Assembly (NCBI RefSeq): GCF_964213995.1
Contig: NC_135813.1
Location: 93,496,001 to 93,560,000, forward strand
DNA length: 64,000 bases
Origin: Mustelus asterias
Lineage: Eukaryota
Reading direction: 5' to 3'
Below are positions 26,135-38,607 of the stretch, piece after piece. The notes beneath the pieces are model-generated. The model was given only the letters and a program-made list of their open reading frames with translations. It was not told the origin of the DNA and searched no databases. How positions within the stretch are numbered: position 1 is the first letter of the stretch; each line of letters begins with the position of its first letter. Position numbers and translations under genes: made by a program.

Positions 26135-26428
26135 TTTTATTTATTTGTGTCACAAGTAGGCTTACATTAACACTGCAATGAAGTGGCTGTGAAAATCCCC
26201 TAGACGCCACACTCTGGTGCCTGTTTGGGTACACTGAAGGAGAATTTAACATGGCCAATGCACCTAACCCGTACTTTCGGACTGTGGGAGGAAACCGGAG
26301 CACCCGGAGGAAACCCACGCAGACACGGGGAGAACATGCAGACTCCACACAGATAGTGACCCAAGCTGGGGATTGAACCCGGGTCCCTGGCGCTGTGAGG
26401 CAGCAGTGCTAACCATTGTGTCACCGTG
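26135..26428 (-). mobile_element. HE1-type V-SINE, tail B
   Basis: Same head and V-domain, tail B. Confidence 0.85.
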
Positions 26429-27036
26429 CATGAACCTATGCTGAACAACACATGCAATTTACAGCTCAAATCCTTGAATGCAGGCTTGCAGCTGAGTTGC
26501 ACAGAATGCGGTGATATCAAGTGAGGCTAGTCAGAGTGTGATTTTTCTGTATTGTACAGATTCCTACAGCGAACAGACATTGCAGGAATCTGCTGTTTGC
26601 TAAAGTCAGTGGCTGTATAATGCAGAGGCAAAGCCCAGTGAGAATGGGACTGTGTTAAGCATCATCTTTCAGGCTGAATGATGCAAAGCGTGGAAATCAA
26701 AACTTTATTTGCTTAGAAAATTATTTTACATAAAGCCTGCTTTGTCTTGTCTGTTTTCTATAGTACAATTCCCAAACTTCAATCCCCCCCACCTTTTTAA
26801 AACTGTTTATATTTTAAAAGGTTCCTGTCCAATAACATCACCTCATGGACAAGAGGCAATTGCAGCGTCTGGACTTTCGCTGCCTGACCACAAAACAAAA
26901 GAGTAGAAAACTAAGCTGGGCATCAGTTTGCCCTTTTAATATCCCTTCCCCTTTCTACACAGGAAGGAATTAAGAAATTTCTTTTTTGTTTTCTGTGTTT
27001 TGACTGTGTGTTTGTGCTCTCTCTCTCTCTCGCCAG

Positions 27037-27164
27037 TGTTCTCCCGGCAACATTTACAACCCATCGTACCATGCGCAGTCTCAGTACGCACAGCCCCGAC
27101 TTGCCTCTCATAACGAGCAAGACCTCCAGCCCAAAACCTACCCCAAACCCATCTATTCTTACAG
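27037..27164 (+). CDS. FOXN4: FOXN4 coding exon, start of forkhead domain
   Basis: (ct)n-cgccag acceptor, ag|gtatgt donor. Encodes [42 protein letters not shown](S). Confidence 0.96.
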
Positions 27165-27315
27165 GTATGTAACGTCGCCATCGTCAAGCCTGCATCCAGT
27201 ATAAACAGGGTTGCTTTTCATAAAATCAACAGGCAAAGGTGATGAAAAGGGAGGGCGGCACAGTGGCTTCATCCTTCCAGCTTCAAACTGATCCTTGCAT
27301 TTCTTTACTTGATAG

Positions 27316-27412
27316 CTGTCTGATTGCCATGGCATTGAAGAACAGTAAGACGGGCAGTCTCCCAGTCAGTGAGATCTACAGCTTCATGAAGGAACACTTC
27401 CCCTATTTCAAG
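27316..27412 (+). CDS. FOXN4: FOXN4 coding exon, forkhead helices 1-2
   Basis: gatag acceptor, aag|gtagga donor. [32 protein letters not shown] matches vertebrate FOXN4. Confidence 0.98.
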
Positions 27413-27534
27413 GTAGGATGAGAGATGCAGAATTGTCCTACTCAGTTCAGAAGTGCAGGAGGGTTTCCGTCACAATGGTTCGCAAACAACTTGGCATCTA
27501 CAGTCACAAAGCGCACAAGATTGTCCCGGAGTGG

Positions 27535-27775
27535 AACAAAAACAGAAAGTGCTGGAAAATCTCAGCAGGTCTGGCAGCATCTGTGGAGAGAGAATCTGTG
27601 GAGAGAGAATAGAGCCAATGTTTCGAGTCTGGATGACCCTTCGTCTGCTGATTCGATATCAATTTGAAGGGTCATCCAGACTCAAAACGTTGGCTCTATT
27701 CTCTCTCCACAGATGTTGTCAGACCCGCTGAGATTTTCCAGCATTTTCTGTTTTTGCTTCAGATTCTAGCATCCA
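27535..27775. mobile_element. Palindromic Penelope terminal-repeat remnant, host of the CR1 insertion
   Basis: Arms 27535-27642 and 27666-27759 are reverse complements. Same family as 61349-62071, 8226-8312 and 17566-17668. Its tail resumes after the CR1 at 30562 (AGTATTTTGCCTTTAT). Confidence 0.8.
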
Positions 27776-30561
27776 TCGATGTTGTGGCTATTTCAGAGAC
27801 ATGGATAGAGCAGGGGCAGGAATGGATGCTGCAGGTCCCGGGGTTCAAATGTTTTAGTCGAAGTAGGGAAGGAGGTAGAAGAGGGGGAGGGGTAGCATTA
27901 TTGGTCAGAGATTGTATCACAGTGTCAGAGAGGAGGTTTGATGAGGACTTATCTGTTGAGGTAGTATGGGCGGAGATTAGAAATAGGAGAGGAGAGGTCA
28001 CCCTGTTGGGAGTCTTTTATAGACCTCCTAAAAGTTCTAGAGAGGTTGAGGAAAGGATTGCGGAGTCAATCCTGCTTAGGAGTGAAAGTAATAGGGCAAT
28101 TGTTATGGGGGATTTTAACTTGACTAATATTGACTGGAATTGTTATAGCTCTAGCTCGTTAGAGGGGTCAGTTTTTGTTCAAAGCGTGCAGGAAGGTTTT
28201 TTGACTCAGTATGTAGACAGGCCAACTAGAGGTGAGGCTATATTGGATCTGGTGCTGGGAAATGAGCCAGACCAGGTGCTAGACTTGGAAGTTGGTGTGC
28301 ATTTTGGTGATAGTGACCACAATTCGGTTACGTTCACCTTAGTGATGGAAAGGGATAGGCATGAACCTCGGGCCAGTGGTTTTAGCTGGGGGAAGGGTAA
28401 TTATGAGGCTATTAGGAGAGAATTAGGAAACATAGGTTGGACTAGGAGATTACAGGGACTGGGAACGTCCGACATGTGGAGTTTTTTCAAGGAGCAGCTA
28501 CTGCGAGTCTGTGATAGGTATGTCCCTGTCAGGCAAGGAGGAATTGGTAGGGCTAGGGAACCGTGGTGCACCAAAAAAGTTTCTTTGTTGGTTAAAAAGA
28601 AAAAGGAGGCTTATGTTCGGATGAGACGTGAGCACTCGGGTAGTGCACTAGAAAGCTTTAGATTGGCTAAGAGGGAGTTGAAGAGCGAGCTTAGAAGGGC
28701 TAAAAGGGGACATGAGAAGACTTTGGCGGATAGGGTTAAAGAGAATCCTAAGGCGTTCTATAGGTATGTCAAGAACAGAAGGTTGGTTAGGGCAAGTTTA
28801 GGGCCAGTTATAGATGGCAGAGGGAAGTTATGTGTGGAACCGGAGGAGATTGGTGAAGCATTGAACCAATATTTCTCTTCGGTGTTCACGCAAGGGGACA
28901 TGAATATAGCTGAGGAGGACACTGGGTTGCAAGGGAGTAGAATAGACAGTATTACAGTTGATAAGGAGGATGTGCAGGATATTCTGGAGGGTCTGAAAAT
29001 AGATAAATCCCCTGGTCCGGATGGGATTTATCCAAGGATTCTCTGGGAGGCAAGAGAAGTGATTGCAGAGCCTCTGGCTCTGATCTTCAGGTCGTCGTTG
29101 GCCTCTGGTATAGTACCAGAAGATTGGAGGTTAGCGAATGTTGTCCCATTGTTTAAGAAGGGGAACAGAGACTTCCCCGGGAATTATAGACCGGTGAGTC
29201 TCACTTCTGTTGTCGGCAAGATGTTGGAAAAAATTATAAGGGATAGGATTTATAGTTATTTGGAGAGTAATGAATTGATAGGTGATAGTCAGCATGGTTT
29301 TGTGGCAGGTAGGTCGTGCCTTACTAACCTTATTGAGTTTTTTGAGAAAGTGACCAAGGAGGTGGATGGGGGCAAGGCAGTGGACGTGGTATATATGGAT
29401 TTTAGTAAGGCGTTTGATAAGGTTCACCATGGTAGGCTTCTGCAGAAAATGCAGATGTATGGGATTGGGGGTGATCTAGGATATTGGATCAGGAATTGGC
29501 TAGCGGATAGGAAACAGAGGGTGGTGGTTGATAGTAAATATTCATCATGGAGTGCGGTTACAAGTGGTGTACCTCAGGGATCTGTTTTGGGGCCACTGCT
29601 GTTTGTAATATTTATTAATGATCTGGATGAGGGTATAGTTGGGTGGATTAGCAAATTTGCTGATGACACCAAAGTCGGTGGTGTGGTAGACAGTGAGGAA
29701 GGGTGTCGTAGTTTGCAGGAAGACTTAGACAGGTTGCAAAGTTGGGCCGAGAGGTGGCGGATGGAGTTCAATGCGGAGAAGTGTGAGGTAATTCACTTTG
29801 GTAGGAATAACAGATGTGTTGAGTATAGGGCTAACGGGAGGACTTTGAATAGTGTGGAGGAGCAGAGGGATCTAGGTGTATGTGTGCATAGATCCCTGAA
29901 AGTTGGGAATCAAGTAGATAAGGTTGTTAAGAAGGCATATGGTGTCTTGGCGTTTATTGGTAGGGGGATTGAATTTAGGGGTCGTAGCGTTATGTTGCAA
30001 CTGTACACAACTCTGGTGCGGCCGCACTTGGAGTACTGTGTGCAGTTCTGGTCCCCACATTACAGGAAGGATGTGGAGGCTTTGGAGAGGGTGCAGAGGA
30101 GGTTTACCAGGATGTTGCCTGGTATGGAGGGGAGATCCTATGAGGAGAGGCTGAGGGATTTGGGATTGTTTTCGCTGGAAAGGCGGCGGCTAAGAGGGGA
30201 TCTTATTGAAACATATAAGATGATTAGAGGTTTAGATAGGGTGGATAGTGATAGCCTTTTTCCTCTGATGGAGAAATCCAGCACGAGGGGGCATGGCTTT
30301 AAATTGAGGGGGGGTAGTTATAGAACCGATGTCAGGGGTAGGTTCTTTACCCAGAGGGTGGTGAGGGATTGGAATGCCCTGCCAGCATCAGTAGTAAATG
30401 CGCCTAGTTTGGGGGCGTTTAAGAGATCCGTAGATAGGTTCATGGACGAAAAGAAATTGGTTTAGGTTGGAGGGTCACAGTTTTTTTTTTAACTGGTCGG
30501 TGCAACATCGTGGGCCGAAGGGCCTGTTCTGCGCTGTAATGTTCTATGTTCTATGTTCTAT
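27776..30561 (+). mobile_element. CR1-clade LINE, 5'-truncated, with uninterrupted ORF2 (APE endonuclease plus RT) to 30465
   Basis: APE motifs DVVAISETW, FYRPP, MGDFN, LDLVL, DSDH. RT motifs KSPGPDGI, YRPVSLTS, QHGF, DFSKAFD, GVPQGSVLGP, FADD. Ends in a (GTTCTAT)3 tail. Confidence 0.96.
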
Positions 30562-31595
30562 AGTATTTTGCCTTTATCTTGTTGTTCTGGAGTGACTATT
30601 TATCCAGATAGTTTCTCTCAGGAATCAGCCTGGCCTCCGCCTTGACACATCTGGTCAGGGAATTGCAACCAGGAACCTTTGTTCTAGTATTCCATGGTTA
30701 AACCTTGGTGGCTGCAATGGCCCTTAAACAAAATGGTTATAGACCATTTAAATACTACTCTACATGAACATTGGTCTACGCGCCTTAATGTGCCACTCAG
30801 CAAGAGGTGATTTCTATGGTTGGTTTTGAGTTGTGGAGTGATGTGAGTTTTATTTAGCATCTCACTGTGCCACTTTGACTAGGTGCCCAAAACAGGAAGG
30901 ATTACATTCTCCAGTAACATCCTCTGCCTAAACATTTAACAAAATGTAAACATTTTGAGAAACAGACAAAGAAAATTGGAAACAGGTTAGGAAACTGGAA
31001 ACACATTAGGAACATAAACCCTGTTCAGATTTCCATAGCAATTCCCTGGAAGAACCAATCCTTCAGGGATTCTAACAAGCACATGATGGGTGTGGTGGGC
31101 TGGAAGATGGACTCTGGAAAGAAGGAAAAAGAAAGTTGCTCCAAAGGTCTCCATGGATTTTCAGTTCCAATTGGTCCAATCAAAGGGCAAGTTTACCCAG
31201 GGTTACATTTTGGTGAAAGCGTTAGATGAAGGCATGATTCCACACCCGTACAACATGTATCAACCAACTCAAGAACAGCTTCTTCCCTGCTCCCATCAGG
31301 CTTTTGAATGGACCTACCATATATTAAGCTGATCTTTGTCTACACCCTAGCTATGACTGTAACACTACATTCTGCACCCTCTCCTTCCCTTATCTATGAA
31401 CGGTATGCTTTGTCTGCACAGCGCGCAAGAAACAATACTTTTCACTGTATGTTAATACATGTGACAATAATAAATCAAATCAAAGCAAAACACGATTTGA
31501 GGTTTGTTTTTTTGCTGTGGAAGGTTACCTGATATCTGAACACTATTAGGTCCTGAATTCCGCTTGTTTGTAAGGATGTTGGATCTTTATTTCAG

Positions 31596-31803
31596 ACAGC
31601 TCCAGACGGTTGGAAGAACTCGGTCAGGCACAACCTCTCCCTGAACAAGTGCTTTGAGAAGGTGGAGAACAAATTGAGTGGCTCCTCACGGAAAGGCTGC
31701 CTTTGGGCTCTCAACCCGGCCAAGATTGAAAAGATGGAGGAGGAGATGCAGAAATGGAAGCGCAAGGATCTCGGAGCGATTCGCAGGAGCATGGCAAATC
31801 CAG
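31596..31803 (+). CDS. FOXN4: FOXN4 coding exon, forkhead recognition helix and wings
   Basis: tttcag acceptor, g|gtaatg donor. Encodes [69 protein letters not shown]. Confidence 0.98.
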
Positions 31804-32015
31804 GTAATGCCCGGTGGTATTGGAATATAGAGGGGAGGGGGTGGAATTGCTAAGCAAACGAATGCACCTTGAGCCAGTAATGATGGTGCTGCGGAACTAC
31901 ATCCCAGCACGTCAGTTCCTTCAAAGAACGTGAGGGGCAAATGTTGGTAGCTGTCCATTTACTTAAGGTTACCCGATATCTGGACCTCACCAAGAGACCT
32001 CTCTTCTCACTGCAG

Positions 32016-32408
32016 ATGAACTGGACAAATTGATATCTGATCGGCCAGAGAACTGCAGGAGGCCATCAAAATATTCGGAGAGAACAATCCACATGGCCAC
32101 GCAGGTGACAACCACACAAGGGAGCATCACAGTGCCACATCTCCCCCACCAGTCCGTTGCCACGCTCTCCTTGCACCCCCTGCCCTTGCATCACCAGATC
32201 CAGCAGCAGCAGCAGCAGACGCGGATTACCCCTGACTCACCAGCCCCGGCTCAAACCCCGCCGCTCCACGCAATGCCAGATATTAGCCACAGCCCGTTGT
32301 CACACCATGGAGCCAGCAGGGCCGCTTCCGATCTATTCTGCATGACAACTGACATGAGCACAGACGTTGATGCCCTGGATCCAACCATCATGGACTTTGC
32401 ATTGCACG
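32016..32408 (+). CDS. FOXN4: FOXN4 coding exon
   Basis: tgcag acceptor, g|gtgagt donor. Encodes (D)ELDKLISDRPENCRR...DSPAPAQTPPLH...DVDALDPTIMDFALH, with FOXN4-type motifs. Confidence 0.96.
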
Positions 32409-32779
32409 GTGAGTGACCACCGCAGAGAAAATCTGTGCTGAAGCATTGTGTAAAAGTGCAACATTTCCTCATTTCTGTTTCTCATTGGAAACAATAAAGT
32501 TTGCGATGACCCGTGTGGAGGTACCAAATCCCAGCGTACAGTGTTTCAAGTGAGTGGAGCAGCACGGTGGCACAGTGGTTAGCACTGATGCCTCACAGCT
32601 CCAGGGACCTAGGTTCAATTCCCAGCTTGGGTCACTGCCTGTTTGGAGTCTGCACATTCTCTCCGTGTCTGTGTGGGTTTCTTCTGGGTGCTCCGGTTTC
32701 CTCCCACAGTCCAAAGATGTTGGAATTTGATTTATTATCAATGATTTATTATAATGATTATTTATTAATGTGCGGGTTA

Positions 32780-33102
32780 AGAACATAAGAAATAGGAGCA
32801 GGAGTAGGCCATCTAGCCCCTCAAGCCTGCTCCGCCATTCAATAAGATCATGGCTGATCTGATAGTGGGTTCAGTTCCACTTACCCGCCCGCTCCCCATA
32901 ACCCTTAATTCCCTTAATGGTTAAAAATCTATCTATCTGTGACTTAAACACATTTAACAAGGTAGCCTCTACTGCTTCATTGGGCAAAGGATTCCAAAGA
33001 TTCACTACCCTCTGGGAGAAGAAGTTCCTCCTCAACTCTGTTCTAAATTGACTCCCCCGTATTTTGAGGCTATGCCCCCTAGTTCTTGTTTCCATTGTAA
33101 GT
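32780..33102 (-). mobile_element. CR1 LINE 3' fragment nested in an HE1-type SINE
   Basis: TRTRGHSLKIRG...GKWN. The host SINE halves are at ~32557-32720 and ~33100-33266. Confidence 0.88.
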
Positions 33103-34373
33103 GGATTGGCCAGGCTAAATTACCCCTTAGTGTCCAGGGATGCGTAGGTTAGAGGGATTAGCAGCGTAAATATGTGGGGTTACGGGGATAGGGCCTGGGT
33201 GGGATTGTGGTTGGTGCAGACTCGATGGGCTGAATGGCCTCCTCCTGCACTGTAGGGATTCTATGAATCTGAGTCATGAAAAACATTAATAAATGGGAAT
33301 GGAAACACCTTGTTCCACTTCCCACACGATTCTCTGGTGTTGATCAATGTACAGTGGAAAAATGTCTAACTGGGAGAGGGAATTGGGGTGCTCAGAATCC
33401 CAACAGTGCAGAAAGAGGCCATTCGGCCCATCGAGGCTGCACCCACTCTTCCCCTCCACCCTATCCCCATAGCCCCGTGCACTTAGCATGGACAATCCAC
33501 CTAACCTACACATCTTTGACTGTGGGAGGAAACCGGAGCACCCGGAGGAAACCCACACAGACACTGGGAGAATGTGCAAACTCCACACATTCTAAGCCAG
33601 GAATCAAACCCGGGTCCCTTGTGCTGTGATAAGCATTTTGCCACCATGTCATCAAACCAATAGCTGTTAAGTGAGGGAGAGAATATTTCTTAATTTCAAC
33701 AAATCCACTTCCAAGTCAGGAACAGCAATTACTTTATTCCAACATCAGTCATAAAGGCTCCTGTGCTGTATCACACAGTGTGACAATTCCAATTTGGGGG
33801 GTTCCCACAGAGTGTCAGCCACGATCCTGCCTTGGAACTATATCACCGTTCTGTCACCGTCGCTGGGTGAAAATCCTGGAGATCCCTACACAACAGAACT
33901 GTGGGTTACCTACACCACAGGGCCTGCAGTGGCTCAAGAGATTGTTCACCACCACCTTCTCAAGAGCAATTAGAGATGGGTAACAAATGCTGATCTTGCC
34001 AGCAGGGCTCCCCCCCACCCCATGAACGAATAAAAAGAACTTGCTATCCAATAAGCACATCATGTGTAGTTATTGGGTAAAGATGGCATTTGGCATAACT
34101 CTGCAGTCTGCCATGATAGAATAGCCTGGGTCATGATTTGCACGTGACTGATGGTAGTTGATCTACTGGAGTGAACAAGCACCTGTGGCAGGATGTCCTG
34201 AAAGGAGGGGGAGGAACAAAACTGCCAGAATCAGTGTGAGGAATGGAAAGAACCACTTGGATACAACTGGCACTTTCTGTCTTGCCCACTTTGTGCTTAG
34301 TCATATCCATGTGGTGTTGCATTGAACAGAACTGACCCATTACCCCAAAGGGAATGCCATCCCGTGAACATGT

Positions 34374-34725
34374 GGGGAGGCGATGGCCTAATGGTATTAT
34401 CACTAGGCTATTAATTCAGCTAATGTTCTAGGGGACCTGGGTTCGAATCCCGCCACGACAGATGGTGGGATTTAAATTCAATTTTTAAAAATCTGGAATT
34501 AAGAATCTACTGATGACCATGAAACCATTGTCGATTGTCAGAAAAACCCATCTGGTTCACTAATGTCCTTTAGGGAAGGAAATCTGTCACCCTTATCTGG
34601 TCTGGCCTACATGTGACTCCAGAGTCACAGCAATGTGGTTGACTCTCAACTGTCCTCGGGCAACTAGGGATGGGCAATAAATGCTAGCTAGCCAGCGACA
34701 CCCATGTCCCATGAATGAATAAATA
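34374..34725 (+). mobile_element. tRNA-derived SINE with a GGGATGGGCAATAAATGC LINE-type tail
   Basis: A and B boxes (TGGCCTAATGG, GGTTCGAATCC). The tail is shared with a LINE 3' end at ~33820-34040. Further - strand copies at ~6190-6870 (nested), 13860-14003, 16390-16600 and 48310-48645. Confidence 0.75.
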
Positions 34726-34921
34726 ACTTGATTTCAGAGTGACTCTAATAGTAACTAGGAACAGGAGGCCCAATCCACCCTCTGTTGTACACCAACATTT
34801 TTACATTGGAGGGATCCTGACGCCTGTGCAAAATGGAAGCCGCCTCAATCCCTAGGTTTTTATGGATCTCGCTTCCTGCCATTTCATTTCTGCTTAAACT
34901 AAGTTGAGCTGGATTCTAACT

Positions 34922-35363
34922 CAGTAAGAAGTCTCACAACACCAGGTTAAAGTTCAACAGGTTTATTTGGTAGCAAAAGCCACTAGCTTTCGGAGCGCTG
35001 CTCCTTCGTCAGGTGAGTGGGAGTTCTGTTCACAAACTGGGCATATAAAGACACAAACTCAATTTACAAAATAATAAAGAGATGTGTCTCTTTAACCTGT
35101 GTTTAACCCTCTCTCCACTCACATTGTCTGTACCTTTAAGACTTGATTGCCTGTAAAGACTCGCATTCCAACCATTATTTTGTAAATTGAGTTTGTGTCT
35201 GTATATGCCCCGTTTGTGAACAGAACTCCCACTCACCTGACGAAGGAGCAGCGCTCCGAAAGCGAGTGGCTTTTGCTACCAAATAAACCTGTTGGACTTT
35301 AACCTGGTGTTGTGAGACTTCTTATTCTGTTTACCCCAGTCCAACGCCGGCATCTCCACATCA
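34922..35363. mobile_element. Palindromic PLE-type element with longer arms
   Basis: ~34922-35075 is inverted at ~35175-35330. Flanked by TGGATTCTAACT and TGGATTCCGACT. Confidence 0.75.
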
Positions 35364-35849
35364 TGGATTCCGACTACCAGTGGTGAATCTCAGGCTTCCC
35401 AAATACAGAAGAAGGGTAAACAGGGGAGAAGAGCAGATCGTTTGGGGGTGTCTGTCACACCGTACTCCCCTCTGTACTCACAATTCACATTTACATCTCA
35501 TTCCATCCAATTTCAAATTCCTAAAACAGCAACTCTGTGAAGTAAGGAAACTCGATTAAAAGAAGACAGAAAATTCAGATTGTTCATAACGATTTATCAA
35601 AAAGAATTTTTCCTTTCTCACAAACTTCAATGTTCAAAATAAGCTTTCCAAACTATCCATCAAAACATAAATAAAGTTACTGATAAAATTTGACATCTCC
35701 CTCTGAGTATCTCCGCTTAAAAGCCTGGGCTTGCACTTGATGTATTTCCCCGAGCTATCGTTCTCGAGACTGGACTGCATTTCTCAGCTTGTGCGAGTAT
35801 GATTCGATCAGTGCTCTCAAGCTGAGGCATCTGAGTTTGCTTTCATCGT

Positions 35850-36155
35850 GGGTGGCACAGTGGTTAGCACTGCTGCCTCACAGCGCCAGGGACCCGGATT
35901 CGATTCCCGGCTTGGGTCACTATCCGTGTGGAATTGGCACTTTTCCCATTATCTGCCTGGGTTTCCTCCGGGTGCTCCGGTTTCCTCCCACAGTCCTAAA
36001 GACCTGCTGGTTAGGTGCATTGGCCATGCTAAATTCTCCCTCAGTGTACCCAAACAGGTGCAGGAGTGTGGCGACTGGGGGATTTTCACAGTAACTTCAT
36101 GGCAATATAAGTACAAGTAAGCCTACTTGTGGCACTAAAAAATAAGCTTTAAACT
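35850..36155 (+). mobile_element. HE1-type V-SINE, tail B
   Basis: Same head and V-domain, tail B. Confidence 0.85.
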
Positions 36156-36321
36156 GATTTTGTGAATAAGCTAAAGTTTGAATTTTGAAAAGATAATTTT
36201 CAGGTAAACTTATTGGTGTTAAGACTTGTTTCATTGCCTCTTGCTTCTCAAAAACAAACTGAAGCGCTCAGTCAAAGCTAAAACTGTTCACTTTTTCAAC
36301 CAGCTTTCTTTCCTTTGACAG

Positions 36322-36569
36322 GAAATCTATGGGAAGAAATGAAAGATGAGAGTTTCAACCTGGACACGCTGGGTGCGTTTAGCACATCGCCGCTTCGTCT
36401 CTCGGACTCTCCTCTTGGAACAGTGGGCCTCACTCCTGTGTCTAGTGGAAGCGAGAATTCATTTTCTGATCTGCAGGTTACTGGTCTCTACACCACCTAT
36501 GCCAGCCTGGAGAATGTCCCAGCACAATACCTGAACACACAAGGGAATAAACCAATAGCACTGCAATAA
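36322..36569 (+). CDS. FOXN4: FOXN4 last coding exon (acidic transactivation region)
   Basis: ttgacag acceptor. Encodes (G)[20 protein letters not shown]...[13 protein letters not shown]...[14 protein letters not shown], matching the FOXN4 C-terminus. Confidence 0.97.
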
Positions 36570-37291
36570 AGAAAAGGTTCTCTGATCTGCCAGGAACTTA
36601 ATGGATGAGGTACAGCTATGAACGTAATGCACTAAGGACTAGACATATAACATCATTGGGAAGCGTTCCCATGTTCACTTCTTAAGACATGAGAGGATCA
36701 TATCCAACTTTCTCATGAGGCTGCATTTTTCAGTGGACTCAATTGTTAATTGAATCCAACCTCTGGGAAAGATCTCCCGCTCCGTGCTATCTGGAAGATC
36801 TAGAAAGCTAAACGCAGCTTTCATGTGGAACAGGTCTAAAAGTTGAATGTGAAAAGTGCATTACTTATTATTGACGCAACTGAAGAAGATTCAAATTATT
36901 CTCATGAATTACACACAGATCTTTGTAAATAATGAAACCATACAAATTGACAATAAGGTGGGAACAAAAAAAAAGTTTAACTACCAAGTTAAATATGTAA
37001 ATTGTCCAGATTTACCTTGTTTACCTCTCAATGACAACATAGGGCGATTAAGCCTACAGCCAAGCAATACTGTACTTTTTGATGAATGTCCAGTTTGGAT
37101 GAAGAATAATATCCGTTCTGGCAAACAGGCAATGTACATAGCAGTCCCCTCTAGCCACCTGACCAAATTTAACATCCAGTGAGTCCAAGCAGACTTGCAA
37201 TAGCATTGACGCAGAAAAGGCCATTTGGCCCGATAAGCTGCTCATTCCGCAGGCCATTTCAAAATCGGAAGCCCTGTTGACATTATGGAAG

Positions 37292-37503
37292 CCATGATGT
37301 GGAGATGCCGGTGTTGGACTGAGGTGAGCACAGTAAGAAGTCTCACAAGACCGGGTTAACATCCAACAAGTTTATTTGGTATCACGAGCTTTCGGAGCGC
37401 TGTTCCTTCATCAGGTGACTCACCTGATGAAGGAGCAGCGCTCCGAAAGCTCGTGATACCAAATAAACTTGTTGGACTTTAACCTGGTCTTGTGAGACTT
37501 CTT
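37292..37503. mobile_element. Palindromic PLE-type mini-element downstream of the FOXN4 stop codon
   Basis: Near-perfect ~85 bp inverted arms. Exact 12-bp duplication ACATTATGGAAG at 37280-37291 and 37504-37515. Confidence 0.8.
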
Positions 37504-38607
37504 ACATTATGGAAGACACTGAGTGCTGTCCAGCTTGTTCATTTTTGGATGATAACTTGCCATGGGCCACTATGCGAAACCCATTTTTGACAAGTGAATT
37601 TTCATGGGCAAATTTTGAATGATTTGGGCTGTAAAGATTTTGAAAGGATCATCAGCGAGATGCTGTATCCTGCAGAAGAGTGAACCCAGGTGAAGATCAC
37701 AACGACCCAGTGAAATTGTGACCAGTCAGAATCATTAATGAGGACATTGGTTCGTTCAACATCCGCTTCAATTTGCAGGCAGTCCAGTTGAAGCTCAAGA
37801 GTGTTGGACCGTTCCGAACTGGATAGTCCACTGCGACAAAGCTCTGAAAGAAACATGGGCACAAATTTTCAGAGACGTGGCTGCTTCTGTGGTTGGTTAG
37901 TTCAAATGTACTTCGAAGGAAAAGAACTGCTTGTCCAGGACTCACAATGGATGCAAAACTGAAACAAATTTGAATGTGCATAACTGAATCTCATGAATGG
38001 CCTGAAACTCAACGTGAACAATTCTTAGTAGAGTCTAGAAATGTGAATTCCATTTTTGCTTTGTAAGTGTTCTGTGCATTGTGATAGCTCAGTACAGTGG
38101 AATGTGTTTGGTGCTGTTGTGATAGACAGTATTACCGTTTGTATATTTTTAATTTATATTTATTGTTTTAAAGGTAAGTGAGAACCTGTTTCATTTGAAC
38201 TAAGCACCGTTTACAAGAATGTTTCTTAAAGATGTCTCCCCACTTGTTGGCTGGTTATTTTTAAAAAACGCTATTTTTCTAAGGGCGAGATGGATAAGCT
38301 GTCAGTTTCTCGACCTCGAAGCGTGGCTGGTGAGTCATTTACAACTCTGGTTGTATTGATCACTGTGTTTCTGTCGTTACATCTGATTGTGGGGACCAGG
38401 TTCAGTCCAATATTTCCAGGGCCCCAGACTGAAGGAGTTGACAATGTTGAGAAAATAAATGGACCAGTCGGATGCTCAGCATGCGAGTTCCTCATAGGGA
38501 AGGCACAATTATGATGTCTTTTTCATGATTTTTGATAAGGTTGCCATGGGATGCTTCAAATTAGCATCAATGCTTTTTATGTGTGGACTCTCTCATTGAA
38601 GTAGCTT

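Noticed and set aside
27664-27762. First ~33 aa of the 933-aa ORF as a real N-terminus
   Set aside because: The ORF starts at TTG inside the Penelope hairpin arm. LINE homology begins only at ~27776.
21977-36569. FOXN1 instead of FOXN4
   Set aside because: The [10 protein letters not shown]-terminal motif, CLIAMALK...FMKEHF forkhead residues, GNKPIAL terminus and ACACB adjacency all indicate FOXN4.
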